DNA of 64,000 nucleotides from the human T2T-CHM13v2.0 reference genome, Homo sapiens: NCBI GenBank assembly GCA_009914755.4, contig CP086569.2, positions 13,888,001 to 13,952,000 of the forward strand, read 5' to 3'. Shown piece by piece: positions 1 to 20,805 of this stretch (position 1 is its first letter; each line of letters starts with the position of its first letter). The notes under the pieces were generated by a model. It saw only the letters and a program-made list of their open reading frames with translations, ran no database searches and was not told where the DNA came from. The position numbers and the translations under genes were made by a program.

Positions 1-537
1 TGAAGAGTATGTTAATTAGCTCAATTTAATTATTCCATAATGTATATATATATCAAAACATCAAATTGTACCCCATAAATAGATATAATTATTATTTTTC
101 AACTGAATACAAAAATACAAAAGAAAATGTGATATTTATAAACAATGAAATAGTATTCAGCCTTGAAAAGAAGGAAATCCTGCCATATGGATAAATCACA
201 ACATGGATAAACCTGTAGGACATTCTGCTAAGTGAAGCAAGGGATAGACAGACAAATACTGCATGATTTCATTTATGTGACGTGTCTGAAAGAGTCAAAC
301 TCACAGAAAGAGAGAGTAGGATAGTTGTTGCCAATGGCTGGGAAAGGGGAAACAGGGAGTGCTGTCCAAGAAGTGAAAGTTTCAGTTAAGCAAGTAAGTT
401 CTAGAGCTCTACTGTGCAGCATTGTGACTATAGTTGTGGAGCACTGTGACTATAGTTAGCAATATGTATTATACACTTAAAAAATGTGTTAAAAGGATAG
501 ATCTTATGTTATCTTTTCATACCACAATTTTCTAAAG
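1..537 (+). mobile_element. Ancient LINE-1 (L1M/L1PB-like) 3' end fragment, sense
   Basis: Sequence reads like the ORF2 C-terminal codons and 3' UTR of an old L1. It contains a short internal tandem duplication (gtgactatagtt...gtgactatagtt, about 424-458). The fragment is cut by the Alu at 538. Confidence 0.45.
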
Positions 538-839
<302 letters not shown>

Positions 840-874
840 TTTAAAAGGTTTTAAAAAATAAAGCGTATGTCTTT

Positions 875-1232
<358 letters not shown>

Positions 1233-1710
1233 TCAAAAAATAATTTTTAAATAAAATTAATAAATAACAAATATTTAAACATACTACTGGAGATTATTAG
1301 CTTAATTTAAAAATGTCATAAACCATCTTATGTCTATCAGTAGTGTGAGCTGACCCAGCCCATTACATGTGGTATCTGCTGCCCAGGTTTGTCCTCGCTG
1401 CCCCTGATCAGGAATATAGAGCACTTGATCTGTAGTTGCTAATCAGAGAGACTAAGAAGCAGATGGAAAGCCATGTGGAGAGGTGAACACACATACCAAG
1501 CAGCAAAGTTCTGTCTTCCCACGGGGAGAGAGGCCCCCTGTGGTAGACATACCAGCCAGCTAAGTTCAGCTTTTCTTCAAGCACTGATCTATAAGCAGGT
1601 CAGCCACTAAGTTACATAGTTATGCCTATATTCTCAGGTTTGAACAGAATTTCCTTTGTCACTCTCTGCAGTTGACCAAGAGAATTCTGAATGTATGCAT
1701 TGAACATTTA

Positions 1711-2460
<750 letters not shown>

Positions 2461-2699
2461 CTATTACAAACATTCTGCCATTATGTCATCTATATGTCTA
2501 CCCACTGCTCACTATTGCTTCACTGTAACCACATTACAGTTCAGTTTAGAGATAAAATTTACCTGCATTTAAACACACAAATTGTAGCCATACAATTTTG
2601 ACAGATGAAAGCAACCAGCAACCTGTATCACCCATGTGCTATCAAAGTACAAAACATGGCATTTACCCAGCAAGTTTTCTGAGAGTATAGACTCCTCAA

Positions 2700-3060
2700 T
2701 TCAAGTGCCCAGTGCACAGATCCCAGCTCAGTACTCCCTAGCTATGGGCTGCAGCCCTGGAGTGTCAGGACCTGCTTGCAGCTCCCTCCTTCAGACCCTT
2801 GAGACTGGGTTCTATTGAGTAGTGCAGAGTCTAAAGAACTTCCAGTCTTCTGGATTGTACCAGATGGAGCGAAGAACCCAGGCTGGGCAGTAAAGGCTGC
2901 ACTGTGTACACACTCCTACAAGGTGATCAGACAGGACACCAAGGAGGGGCTAGAGGACAGGCAGCTATGCAGAACATACACGCACCAGTGCTGTGGGAAA
3001 GTCAACCCTACTTTATCCTTGTCTTGAAGTTAGCTGGGGTGCAGGCCTCTCAAAGGGATA
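2700..3060 (+). mobile_element. Possible old L1 (L1PB-type) 5'-UTR-like fragment
   Basis: The stretch 2880-3010 (ggctgcactgtgtacacactcctacaaggtgatcagacaggac...gctagaggacaggcagc) resembles 44085-44170 inside the antisense L1PB 5' UTR (ggctgcactgtgtacatattcttatggggcagctaggcaggaac...gctagaaggctggaagg). The ORFs at 2636-3487 have no recognisable protein character. Confidence 0.25.
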
Positions 3061-3514
3061 TGGGGAAACATGGTATATGTGCACTTATGACCAGAATCTA
3101 CTCCAGCTTTCTCATGCACAAAGGTCCCCAGCTCTGTGCCTGCTGCAGCTGTATTTCAGTTTATCTCCTGAGAGATCTGCCTGTCAGCTCAAATATTCAT
3201 GAACGAGTGTGGGGTCCTCTGCAGTGAGGATCCCAAAGGTCTGCAGTGAGAGTGGGCAGTCACCCATTCCCAGTACTCACCCATACCCAGTACTCACCCC
3301 TTCCCAAGAGCATTCAGTACTAGCATTTAGACACTCGATGTGGGGTCCCCAGCTTCCTTCCTATTTAGCCTCAGCATCTTCATCCACATTCAGGGTTCTT
3401 GCTCTTAAAATCTGTTCAACTTGTGCTGGTGTAATAGAAATTCCAGTGGCTCTCTGTGGGTCAGCACTTCCTGGCTGCATCTGGTAAGCCAACTTCCAGT
3501 CAAAATGGAGAACT

Positions 3515-4600
3515 TAATTTACTTACATTCAAGGTTAATACTGATATGTAAAGTTTTGTTCCTGTCATAATGCTGTTGTTATTTAGTTGCTTAGTAGATT
3601 ATTTCTTCCTTTTTTATTTGTATCTGCCTTTGTGGGTTTGGTGGCATTTTTGTTGTTTTGCCATTGATATCTTTCTGTTCACCATTTGTGTAACTGATTT
3701 ATGAGAACTGTGAACCTTATAGTTTTGTGTGTTTTTATGATAGAGAGTATTGACCTTTGTTTCCATGTTTGAAATCCATTGACCATTTCTGGTAGGTCTG
3801 GTCTTGTGATAAATTCTCTTGGTGACTGCTTTCTGATAAATACCTTATTTTTCTTTCATTTATGAACCTTATTTGAGCAGGATACAAAGTTTAAGGTTGA
3901 CAGTTTTTTACTTTAAGCACTTTGAAAATAGAATCTCGATATTCTGGCTCTTAAGGTTTCTGTCGAGAAATTCACTGTTAGTCTAATAATGACCTTTCCT
4001 TTATAAGTGACCAGACACTTTTACTAATTTGATTATTTTTCCCCACTCACATTGACTTAGATAGTCTGATGATTATGTGTTTTGGTGAGATACTTCTTGC
4101 AACTGTATTTTCCTGGATTTCTCTGAGCCTTTTGCATTTGGATGTCTATATCTCTTGCTAGACTAGGGAAGTCTTTCTCAATTATTTCCTCAAATAGGTT
4201 GTCCACACTTTTTACCTTTTCTTCTCCCTTAAGAATACTTTGATTTATAGATTCAGACATTTTACATAGCCCTATACTTGTCAAATTTTTTTATATACTT
4301 TTGTCTAACTAGATTAATTCAAAAGAGCTCTCTTCGAATTCTGAGAATTTTTTCTTTTGCTTGGTAGTGTATTGGTTTTCAAATTTCTCTTTGGTCTCAT
4401 CATTAAGCTTCTTTAAAATTAATATTTTGAAATCTTTATCTGATACTTCAAAATTTTATTTTTTGTTAGAATGTATTGCCGGAGAGTTAATGTAATTCTC
4501 TGGGGTTGTCATAAGGTCCCCTGTATTTTTCATCTTTTAGAATTGTTACACTGGTTTCTCATTTGGAGAGACTGTCAACTTCTTATATTTTAATTTATTT
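3515..4600 (-). mobile_element. Ancient L1 fragment (ORF1 C-terminus to ORF2 start region), antisense
   Basis: The sequence is colinear with the antisense ORF1/ORF2 junction of the young L1 at 10130-10790; for example ctgttagtctaataatgacctttcc matches ctgttagtctgatgggcttccc. The ORF at 4057-4284(-) encodes ...EKDFPSLARDIDIQMQKAQRNPGKY, which matches L1 ORF1p (ENFPNLAKEIDIQVQEAQRVPNK). Confidence 0.6.
4057..4284 (-). pseudogene. L1 ORF1p remnant (75 aa)
   Basis: The translation contains the ORF1p RRM-region motif FPSLARDIDIQMQKAQRNP, and the reading frame is truncated on both sides. Confidence 0.55.
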
Positions 4601-6152
4601 TGTTTGGATGGGATTTTTTTCTTCTCCCTTGACAATGTGAATAGAATGTATGTTGAAATGGGTCATTTGGCTTTGCTTCTTGGGTGGGTGCTTTTAGTGG
4701 CAAAGATTTTATATAAATTCCTCTCAGGTGTCCCAGAAAATATGCCCATCCATAAATCCTACAATAGCCTAGGTTCCAGGTTCAGTCCCGAAGTGATTGG
4801 TGAAACTGGGTGCAGCTGGATGGTGAAGCACTGTATATAGCAGGTGCAAGCATCATCCCTGACAGGGGTGGATGGGAAGTTGTTGAGTCACAGGTGCCTG
4901 AATTCAGGCACTGAATTTCAGGTTTTTGCATGAGGGGTGGGAGGTATTAGAGGTGGGAGGTGGGACTTTCTCAGAATCATGGCCTCAGCAGGCAGAAATG
5001 TAATCTGTTTTTTGTCATGCCCCTGTACCAGTGCTGGGGATATTCAGCTTAGTCATACACTTTCAGAGCCATAGTATAGCCTGCTGCATGGCTCAACACT
5101 AAACCTCTGTGCTACCTGGAAATAGCTGTAGTGCAAAGTCTCCCCGCTTAGCCCCAGACAAACAGCTTTCTGACCCTCCTGCTCCCCATGAGAGAAACAC
5201 TGCAGCTCTGTGCAGAAATGGGAAAAGATCCTGCATTTTATGCAAACCGAGGCTGAATATCACACTGCCAGTGAGAACACACTCACTTTTCCTGGTCTTA
5301 AGCACTGAAGTTACTTGGCTGGTAGTATGGAATTTCACTCCTGGCTTGCAGAGCCTATCACAGAGTTTGTGTCTCTGCTGGAAATAGAGACGTTAATCAC
5401 CCGCCAAGCATGGTGCTCTTCGGCTAGCACAGAGCAGCTCTCAGGCACTGAAAAGTATGTGCTTTGGTTTCTTTTGTTACACAGATTGCTCCCTTGTTGT
5501 GCTGCACTTTTCCCTTTTTTTGAGGAGAAGCATTCCCTCAAAACTAAATCACTGGGAACTTGCAGTTTTCTTAGTTCCAGCCAGATTGTTTGCTGTTGTC
5601 TTCCATGTGGGCACTGGGGAATGTCCATGGGAGCTTTAGGGATGTAGAGACACAAATATCAAGATTTCCTGGGTAAGATACCATCCCCCCACAGCTGTTC
5701 CCTTATGATAGCATGCTGCTACGGATGCTCAAGTCTGGTGCAAGGGCAAGCCACCCAGCACAAGTTTGCTATCTGGTACAATGCCACCAAGAAGTCTCTA
5801 AATCACCACCCTCACTTGTGTCTAGGTTTGTGAGGGCAGAGGAGCACACAATTCAGTTATTGGCTGTCTGCTGCAGAGGTGAGAAGGAGCCCAAACACTC
5901 CCACTTAGTATTTCCATGCAACACCAAGTTCCTTGGGGCTCCCAAACATTTCTGCTAGCTGAATTGGCCTCTTCTTTTCTCCCTCCTTGGAACCCAAGCC
6001 TTTTATTCATGAGTTTTTCCATTGAGTTTCAGTAATTGATATTCTCCTTGATATTCTATTTGAGATATGACTATTTACTTTTAACTTTAATTCTTCTTTT
6101 TAAGGAAAACTGGCATCTGATGTCACTATTAAGCTATCTTGAACCCTGGGTA

Positions 6153-6172
6153 TCTTCTTTATAGAGATTTCT
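6153..6172. repeat. Target-site duplication, copy at the L1 3' side (TCTTCTTTATAGAGATTTCT)
   Basis: This 20-mer is identical to the one at 12292-12311. Joining the two flanks reconstructs the empty site ...gggtatcttctttatagagatttctattcaagtcg... Confidence 0.9.
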
Positions 6173-6391
6173 TTATTATTATTATTATTATACTTTAAGT
6201 TTTAGGATACATGGGCACAACGTGCAGGTTTGTTACATATGTATACATGTGCCATGTTGGTGTGCTGCACCCATTAACTCGTCATTTAGCATTAGGTATA
6301 TCTCCTAATGCTATCCCTCCCCCCTCCCCCCACCCCACAACCGTCCCCAGAGTGTGATGTTCCCCTTCCTGTGTCCATGTGTTCTCATTGT

Positions 6392-10210
<3,819 letters not shown>

Positions 10211-10256
10211 CATTATGATGTTAGCTGGTTATTTTGCTCAGTAGTTGATGCAGTTT

Positions 10257-11273
10257 CTTCCTAGCATCGATGGTCTTTACAATTTGGCATGTTTTTGCAC
10301 TGGCTGGTACTGGTTGTTCCTTTCCATGTTTAGTGCTTCCTTCAGGAGCTCTTTTAGGGCAGATCTGGTGGTGACAAAATCTCTCAGCATTGCTTGTCTG
10401 TAAAGTATTTTATTTCTCCTTCACTTATGAAGCTTAGATATGAAATTCTGGGTTGAAAATTCTTTTCTTTAAGAATGTTGAATATTGGCCCCCACTCTCT
10501 TCTGGCTTGTAGAGTTTCTGCCGAGAGATCAGCTGTTAGTCTGATGGGCTTCCCTTTGAGGGTAACCTGACCTTTCTCTCTGTCTTCCCTTAATATTTTT
10601 TCCTTCATTTCAACTTTGGCAAATCTGACAATTATGTGTATTGGAGTTGCTCTTCTCGAGGAGTCTCTTTGTGGTGTTCTCTGTATTTCCTGAATTTGAA
10701 TGTTGGCCTGCCTTGCTAGATCGGGGAAGTTCTCCTGGATAATATCCTGCAGAGTGTTTTCCAACTTGGTTCCATTCTCCCCGTACACCAATTAGACGTA
10801 GATTTGGTCTTTTCACATAGTCCCATATTTCTTGGAGTCTTTGTTCATTTCTTTTTATTCTTTTTTCTCTAAACTTCTCTTCACGCTTCGTTTCATTCAT
10901 TTCATCTTCCATCGCTGATACCCTTTCTTCCAGTTGATTGCATTGGTTACTGAGGCTTGTGCATTCGTCACTTAGTTCTCATGCCTTGGTTTTCAGCTAC
11001 AACAGGTCCTTTAAGGATTTCTCTGCATTGGTTATTCTAGTTAGCCTTTCCTCTAATTTTTTTTTCAAAGTTTTTAACTTCTTTGCCATTGGTTTGAACT
11101 TCCTCCTTTAGCTCGGAGTAGTTTGATCTTCTGAAGCCTTCCTCTCTCAACTGGTCAAAGTCATTCTCCGTTCAGCTTTGTTCCGTTGCTGGTGAGGAGC
11201 TGTGTTCCTTTGGAGGAGGAAAGGTGCTCTGATTTTTAGAGTTTCCGGTTTTTCTGCTCTGTTTTTTCCCCAT
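10257..11273 (-). pseudogene. L1 ORF1 remnant (frameshifted)
   Basis: Two overlapping frames encode MEDEMNETKREEKFREKRIKRNEQRLQEIWDYVKRPNLRLIGV and ...NTLQDIIQENFPDLARQANIQIQEIQRTPQR...KEKNFQPRISY. The ATGGGGAAAAAACAG start is found in reverse complement near 11259-11273. Confidence 0.85.
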
Positions 11274-12291
11274 CTTTGTGGTTTTATCTACATTTGGTCT
11301 TTGATGATGGTGATGTACAGATGGGTTTTTGGTGTGGTTGTTTGTTAGTTTTCCTTCTAACAGTCAGGACCCTCAGCTGCAGGTCTGTTGGAGTTTACTG
11401 GAGGTCCACTCCAGACCCTGTTTGCCTGGGTATCAGCAGTGGTGGCTGCAGAACAGCGGACATTGGTGAACCGCAAATGCTGCTGCCTCATCGTTCCTCT
11501 GGAAGTTTTGTCTCAGAGGAGTACCCGGCCGTGTGAGGTGTCACTCCACCCCTACTGGGGGATGCCTCCCAGTTAGGCTGCTCAGGGGTCAGGGACCCAC
11601 TTGAGGAGGCAGTCTGCCCATTCTCATATCTCAAGTTCCATGCTGGGAGAACCACTACTCTCTTCAAAGCTGTCAGATAGGGACATTTAAGACTGCAGAG
11701 GTGTTTGCTGTCTTTTGTTTGTCTGTGCCCTGCCCCTAGAGATGGAGTCTACAGAGGCAGGCAGGCCTCCTTGAGCTGTGGTGGGCTCCACCCAGTTCAA
11801 TCTTCCCCGATGCTTTGTTTACCTACTCAAGCCTGAGCAATGGTGGTGCCCCTCCCCCAGCCTTGCTGCTGCCTTGCAGTTTGATCTCAGACTGCTGTGC
11901 TAGCAGTGATTGAGGCTCCATGGGCGTAGGACCCTCCGAGCCAGGTGTGGGATATAATCTCCTGGTGCGCCGTTTGTTAAGCCCTTTGGAAGAGCGCAGT
12001 ATTAGGGTGGGAGTGACCTGATTTTCCAGGTGCCATCTGTCACCACTTTCTTTAACTAGGAAAGGGAATTCCCTGACCCCTTGCACTTCCCAGGTGAGGC
12101 GATGCCTTGCCCTGCTCCGGCTCACACACGGTGCACTGCACTCACTGTCCTGCACCCACTGTCTGGCACTCCCCCGTGAGATGGACCTGGTACCTCAGTT
12201 GGAAATGCAGAAATCACCCGTCTTCTGTGTCACTGACGCTGGGAGCTGTAGACTGGAGCTGTTCCTATTCAGCCCTCTTGGCTCCACCTCC
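11274..12291 (-). promoter_or_regulatory. L1 5' UTR (internal sense promoter / antisense promoter region)
   Basis: About 1 kb of antisense L1PA 5' UTR. It includes gtgagatg.acc.ggtacctcag.tggaaatgcagaaatcacc.gtcttctg, the reverse complement of the canonical 5' UTR start. Confidence 0.8.
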
Positions 12292-12311
12292 TCTTCTTTA
12301 TAGAGATTTCT
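12292..12311. repeat. Target-site duplication, copy at the L1 5' side
   Basis: TCTTCTTTATAGAGATTTCT, identical to 6153-6172. Confidence 0.9.
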
Positions 12312-13012
12312 ATTCAAGTCGTTTACCCACTTAAAAATCAGATGTTTTTTCCTATTGAGTTGAATTCCTTATATATTCCAGATATTAATCCTTATCAGAA
12401 ATATAGTTTATATATATTTTCTTCTATTCTGTGTGTTTTCTGTTCATGATATTCATTGTTTACTTTGTTGTACAGAAGCTTGTTTAATAAAATTCTATTT
12501 ATCAATATTTGTTCTGTTGCTGTGCTTTTGTGTTCTTATTCCAACAATTCTTGCCAACACCAATGTCAAGAAGCATTTCACCTATATTTTCTTCCAGTAA
12601 CTTATTTTTTAGGGTTTTACATTTAAGTCTTTAGTTCATTTTGAGCTGATTTTTGTTTTCAGTGAGAGAGATAGTTGTAGTCTCATTTTCCTACTTCTGA
12701 ATATTAAGTTTTCTCATCACTATTTATTGAAGAGATTATCCTTTCCCCAGTGTGTATTCTTGGCATTTATAAAAAGGACAGTTGGCTGCAAGTATGTGGA
12801 TTTATTTCTGGGTTGTATATTCTCTTTATTGGTATATGTGTCTATTCTTTTTGTAGCAACACTATGGTGTTTTGTTTCCTATAGGCTTGTGGTATGTTTT
12901 AAAGACAGGTAGTGTAGTGTCTCCACCTTTGTTCTTTTGGCTCAGTATTGGTTTGTCTATCTGAGGCTTTTTGTGGCTTTGTACAGATTTTTTAAGTGCT
13001 TTACCCCCCTCC

Positions 13013-13285
<273 letters not shown>

Positions 13286-14135
13286 CTTTTCCCATTTAAG
13301 CAAAGTATATCATTACCATTTTAATAGGTATTACATTGAATTTGTGGATTGCTTTAGGTAGTATGGACATTTCAACAATAGTAATTCTTCCATATAAACC
13401 CAAGATGTCTTTACATGTATTTGTGTCTTCTTCAATTTGTTTCATCCATGTTTTATAGTTTTTATCAAAGAGATCTTTTGCTTCTTGGTTAAATTTATTC
13501 TAAATATCTTTTTTGTAGCTATTGTCAATGGGATTGACTTTTTAATTTATTTTTTCAAATAGTTTACTCTTGGCACATTCAAAATTTTCTAATTTTTGTA
13601 TGTTGATTTTACATCCTGACACTTTATTGGATTTGTTTATACATTTTAACAGTATTTGGTAGAATCTGTAGTATTTTTCTATATATGTAATTATGTTATC
13701 TGCAAACAGGGACAAGTTGACCTCGTCCTTTCCAGTTTATATGCCCTTTATTTCTTTCTCTCATCTAATTGTTCTGGCTAGAATTTACTATACTATGTTG
13801 AATAGAGCTTCCAAAAGATAAAATCATTATCTTGTTTCAGATCTTAGAAAAAATATTTCAGCTTTTCCTCATTAAATAAGTTGTTTTCTGTGGGTTTGTC
13901 ATATATGGCCTTTCTTGTGTTGTAGTACATTATTTCTATATCTAATTTGGGGACAGTTTTATCATAACGGGATATTGAAGTGTGTGTAATGCTTTTCTGC
14001 ATCTATTAAAATGATCATGTAGCTTTTCTCCTTGATTCTGTCAAGGTGAGTATCTTATTTATTGACTTGGCACATGTCGAAACATCCTTGCATCCCTAAG
14101 ATGCAAGCTTCTTGATTATGGTGAATAATCATTTT

Positions 14136-14141
14136 AATGCA
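14136..14141. repeat. Probable 6-bp TSD of the provirus (AATGCA; partner AATCCA at 21364-21369)
   Basis: The two 6-mers immediately abut the LTR ends and match at 5 of 6 positions. The same old L1 sequence continues on both sides. Confidence 0.5.
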
Positions 14142-14699
14142 TGTTGGGGACCAGCCTCAACATCACATGTAGGGTACCCAAAGTCTGGTGGCGATGTAGG
14201 AATGAGAAGAGACAGGCTAAGAGTGCATAAAGACTGGGGTCCAGGAGGCCAGCTGCAAAATAGAGGCTGCAAAAGGCTCAGAGTTTTGGTCTCCACACTA
14301 TTTATTGAGTATAAGTACTTAGATCTAAGAAGCAGATGTTCAGGGGTGAAATGGGGAAAGGGAAACAGTGCATCACAGGCATAATCTCTAGCAATAGTGG
14401 TATAAATGAATCTCCTTTGTGCTCAAACAGTGTATGTTTAATTTATCGGAGAGTAGCTAGTGGGAGCGGGCTTAACTAGGAGTCTGCACATCTGCCCATA
14501 TTGCAATGCCTCAAAGGAGCATCTTTCTTCTTGAACACAGTGTTTACAGATAAGACAGTGGGTCTGGCTCTGAGCATGGGAACACAATGGCAGTTAGGAG
14601 GCTTTCCTCCTCAGAGGCCTCTTGTGGCTTTCCACAACTTATTGTCCCATATTTTTATGGCCAGTTTATGCAGGCACCCCAAAAGCCTTTTTCCCAACA
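14142..14699 (-). repeat. Provirus 3' LTR (558 bp)
   Basis: TGTTGGGGACCAGC...TTTTTCCCAACA. It aligns along its whole length with 20806-21363 at roughly 10% divergence by eye. Confidence 0.85.
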
Positions 14700-14701
14700 T
14701 G

Positions 14702-14715
14702 CCCCCCCACTTTTA
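14702..14715 (-). other. Polypurine tract (element sense AAAAGTGGGGGGGG) abutting the 3' LTR
   Basis: The plus strand reads cccccccacttttaaaaaaaaaa immediately after the LTR terminus CCCAACA. Confidence 0.6.
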
Positions 14716-15599
14716 AAAAAAAAACTGTCATTGTTATTAAGGCTTGTTTGTGGTGTTTTTTTTTTAAAGGCATCTTTCACGTTTGTAGAATAAAAGTAAA
14801 CAGTATTGTAGCAGGATGAGCCGCAGCAAAACCTCTCAGACACAAGTTGTAGAAGGAAGGGCTTTATTCAGCTGGCAGCATCGGCAAGCTACTGCCTTAA
14901 AATCCAAGCTCCCCAAATGCACAATTTCTGTCCCTTTTAAGGGCTCACAACACTAAAGATTTCACATGAAAGGGTTGTGATTGATTTGAGCAAGCAGGTG
15001 GTACGTGACAGGGGCTGCATGCACTGGTGGTCCGAGAAAAACAGAACGGGGCAGGGAGTTTCACAATGTTCTTCTATACAATGTCTGGAATCTATGAATA
15101 ACATCAGTTTCTAAGTTATGAATTGATTTTTAACTACTGGGTTTAGGCCATGCAGGCCCAGTCCTGGTTTCAGACCTGGCGCCGGGCTGCCTGTCTTTGG
15201 TTTTACTTCCTTGTTGTTTTTTCTTAAAACAGGTACTGAGTATAAAACAATATAAAACAATATGAGAGGGTCTCTCTCTTCAGTATAAACAGATACACAT
15301 TAAAGTAAAATTTGTAATAGTTGATTTTTTAATGGTCTTAATTTATTTAAGAGGGTTTACATTTGAAACTCTATTAGCAGTTTTAGTGAGAATGTCAGTC
15401 TCAGGCAGGAGAGTTAAATGAGCCTAAGATGTTTTAAAAACCTGGTTTTTTAATGTGGCTGTATTTAATATTAATTTTTTTTTATTTTTTTTACATGATG
15501 TCTAACCTTTTTTAAATGATGTTTAGTAGTAGTATATGAATGGGGAGTTATGTAGAAATTAGAAGAATTTTAATCCCATTGTATTTGTAATTGATACTT

Positions 15600-17330
15600 T
15601 AAGTTTATTATATGATTTTTTATTTAAATAACAGTCCGTTTAAGGTTATTTGTTTGATTTACCAATTGGTGTATCTGGGTCTGAAAATTTCACAATTTTG
15701 AGGAATTTTTTTGACCAATTTTGTAGTTTGAACAGAGGAATGTAAAGTAATTTCAGCAGCTGCAGCAGTAGCTGTGATGCAATAAGGCCTATAATCACTG
15801 TTATAAGGGTAAAAATAATTTTTTTTGTTTTGGTAAACACTTCCTTTAACATTTTTGTGATGATATGAATGGAAGGAGAGGATTTTTAAGGTCTATTGAG
15901 GGAAACTGGTATCCAAACTCTTTTTTTACTCTTTACCAGTACACAGATGTTTTTACACTAAATGTGGAATCAATACAGGTGAAAAGGTGACAGTTTTGAC
16001 AAGTAATAGTTTCAGAATTAGGTTGAATATTAATATTTTTGATTATTAACATAAAAGGAGGCTTGACACAACTTTGAATGGGCACCATTTTGTTGGAAGA
16101 AATCTGATACACCAATTGAAGTCTCTCACGCTTTTCCTCAAGATAATATATTTTTTTCAAACTTTAATATGAGATTGGGCCATCATTAACTTTTATAATT
16201 TGGGACATTTAGGGCCTATTATAGGATTAATCATTTTTGGATGTGGGCCAGCCATACCAAAATCAGTCCAAATTATGGGAAAATGGGCATGTTTTTTACT
16301 AGTGTCACTTTTTGATAGTATAGTTTTAGTTTTAGTTTTGTGTTTATAATTTTGATTGGTACAATTAACTGTAAAGGTCATCTTAGGGGACAAACTAATG
16401 ACGATTTTATAGGAATTATTTTGTAGTACTACAGGGTGATTAGACATGTAATTTTTTCAAATCAGTATTTTTAAATTTTTTGACCATTGTTGAGGTTGTT
16501 GACACCTCTCTTTTTTGGGCTTAAATTGTTTTAATTGAACCAAACTTTGTGAATGACCCGGGCTCCATTTAGAAAATAAATGATGGGATACTGGTTCTTT
16601 GATTATGACCTGAATAGTATTATACTAATGGGGAGTTATGTAGAAATTATAAGTATTTTAATCACATTGTTTTTGTGATTGTTGTTGTTGTAGCATTTTA
16701 GGCAACCAATCGCCGACCCTATGTAAAGAGGGGAGATCTGATAACCTATGGACACATTTATTATTTTTTCTGGGTAAGAGAGCCTATGAGTATTTGTAGG
16801 CTTAGTCATTCAAACACATTAACATAAACCTCAACCGGGGGTTTCAACCATGTGACAGGCCTAATTAAAGGCGGAAATGGGACATATGTCCAATAGGTAT
16901 AGTTTTGGTCTGTTGTAGTCACAGGCTTGTCAGGTGAGGAGGTCACTGTTCTTATTTCAGCTTTGTATCCTAGGATTAGTAAATAACAGAAGACAAACAT
17001 GAGTATAATTAGCAACTTTTTTTTCAGTCAAAGAAATGCCAAGTGTTACTTGGCATCTTAGTTTACTATATATTATTAATGAGGAACCCCACTGGGGGTA
17101 TGTTAATTTATTTTAGCCAAGTAGTTATGTTATTAGAAGCTGAAAAGGGGTGTTTGTTAAAGTAGTAGGGCAGAAGAAAGGCAGATTTAAAATATGAGCT
17201 TAATAGAGTGTAGTAGGTATAAGCAGTAGGCAAAGAGAGAGAATTAAAAATGAATAAATTATTTGGCTTAGTCTTTTTTTTTTTTTTTAGCATAATGTTT
17301 GGGGCCTGTGTTGTTTGTGGAAGCAGCATT
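15600..17330 (-). pseudogene. Retroviral env remnant (SU+TM), multiply interrupted
   Basis: ORF 16806-17015(-) reads [35 protein letters not shown] 15933-16160(-) reads VPIQSCVKPPFMLIIKNINIQPNSETITCQNCHLFTCIDSTF. ORF 15646-15852(-) reads EVFTKTKKIIFTLITVIIGLIAS, a degenerate furin site followed by a fusion peptide. The longest open stretch is under 90 aa. Confidence 0.75.
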
Positions 17331-17339
17331 GTTGAGGCT

Positions 17340-20289
<2,950 letters not shown>

Positions 20290-20290
<1 letters not shown>

Positions 20291-20612
20291 TCCTTTTTGT
20301 TAGTACTCGGTAGAGGCGGTTTAGAGTTGTGATCATCAAACTTCTCTCTCTCCTCCTCTGACTCAGTCTCATCAGCTGTCTGAAAAGGCTCCAATGTTGC
20401 ATGCACCAATGATCAAACTGACCAAACATGCAAAGGAATTTTCTTTCCTTCTCTATATGCTCTTTTAAAGTCTTTTCCAACTCCTTCCCAATCGTTTAAT
20501 TCTAAAGTTCCCTGTCCAGGGAACAAAGGACAAAATTATTCCACAGCATGAAATAAATCCATAAGATTTTCCGTATCAACTTTTACCCCACCACGCTTCA
20601 AGAGCTGCCATG
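20290..20612 (-). pseudogene. Retroviral gag remnant (matrix N-terminal ~130 aa only)
   Basis: ATG in reverse complement at about 20610-20612. ...FCPLFPGQGTLELNDWEGVGKDFKRAYREGKKIPLHVW... and [16 protein letters not shown] match the HERV-K Gag N-terminus. The same ORF then runs directly into pro/RT sequence, so roughly 2.5-3 kb of gag-pro is missing. Confidence 0.7.
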
Positions 20613-20784
20613 GCAAGCTCAGATACGTGGTGTACTGACTTTCAGTTTGTCCCATTTGTGTCCCTAGCTTTTTTCCAAGCGCCCCATTTACCTGCAAAGC
20701 TTACAACTTTTTATCCTCGGGAGTCCTTTGTCTGTCGTTCCTCCATTTCACATGCTCCAGCATTCCTTTACTGGATTCTTTCCG

Positions 20785-20802
20785 GCCCCACGTTGGATGC
20801 CA
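20785..20802 (-). other. Primer-binding site complementary to tRNA-Lys(CUU) 3' end (16 of 18 matches)
   Basis: The plus strand reads gccccacgttggatgcca. Its reverse complement TGGCATCCAACGTGGGGC matches the canonical Lys1,2 PBS TGGCGCCCAACGTGGGGC. It is separated from the LTR by 3 nt. Confidence 0.65.
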
Positions 20803-20805
20803 GAA

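Noticed and set aside
15600-17330. Possible domesticated (syncytin-like) env gene in the provirus
   Set aside because: The env reading frame is broken into pieces of 90 aa or less (15646-15852, 15933-16160, 16193-16447, 16806-17015, 17108-17329) with frameshifts between them. The furin site is degenerate (KTKK). There is no intact SU-TM ORF.
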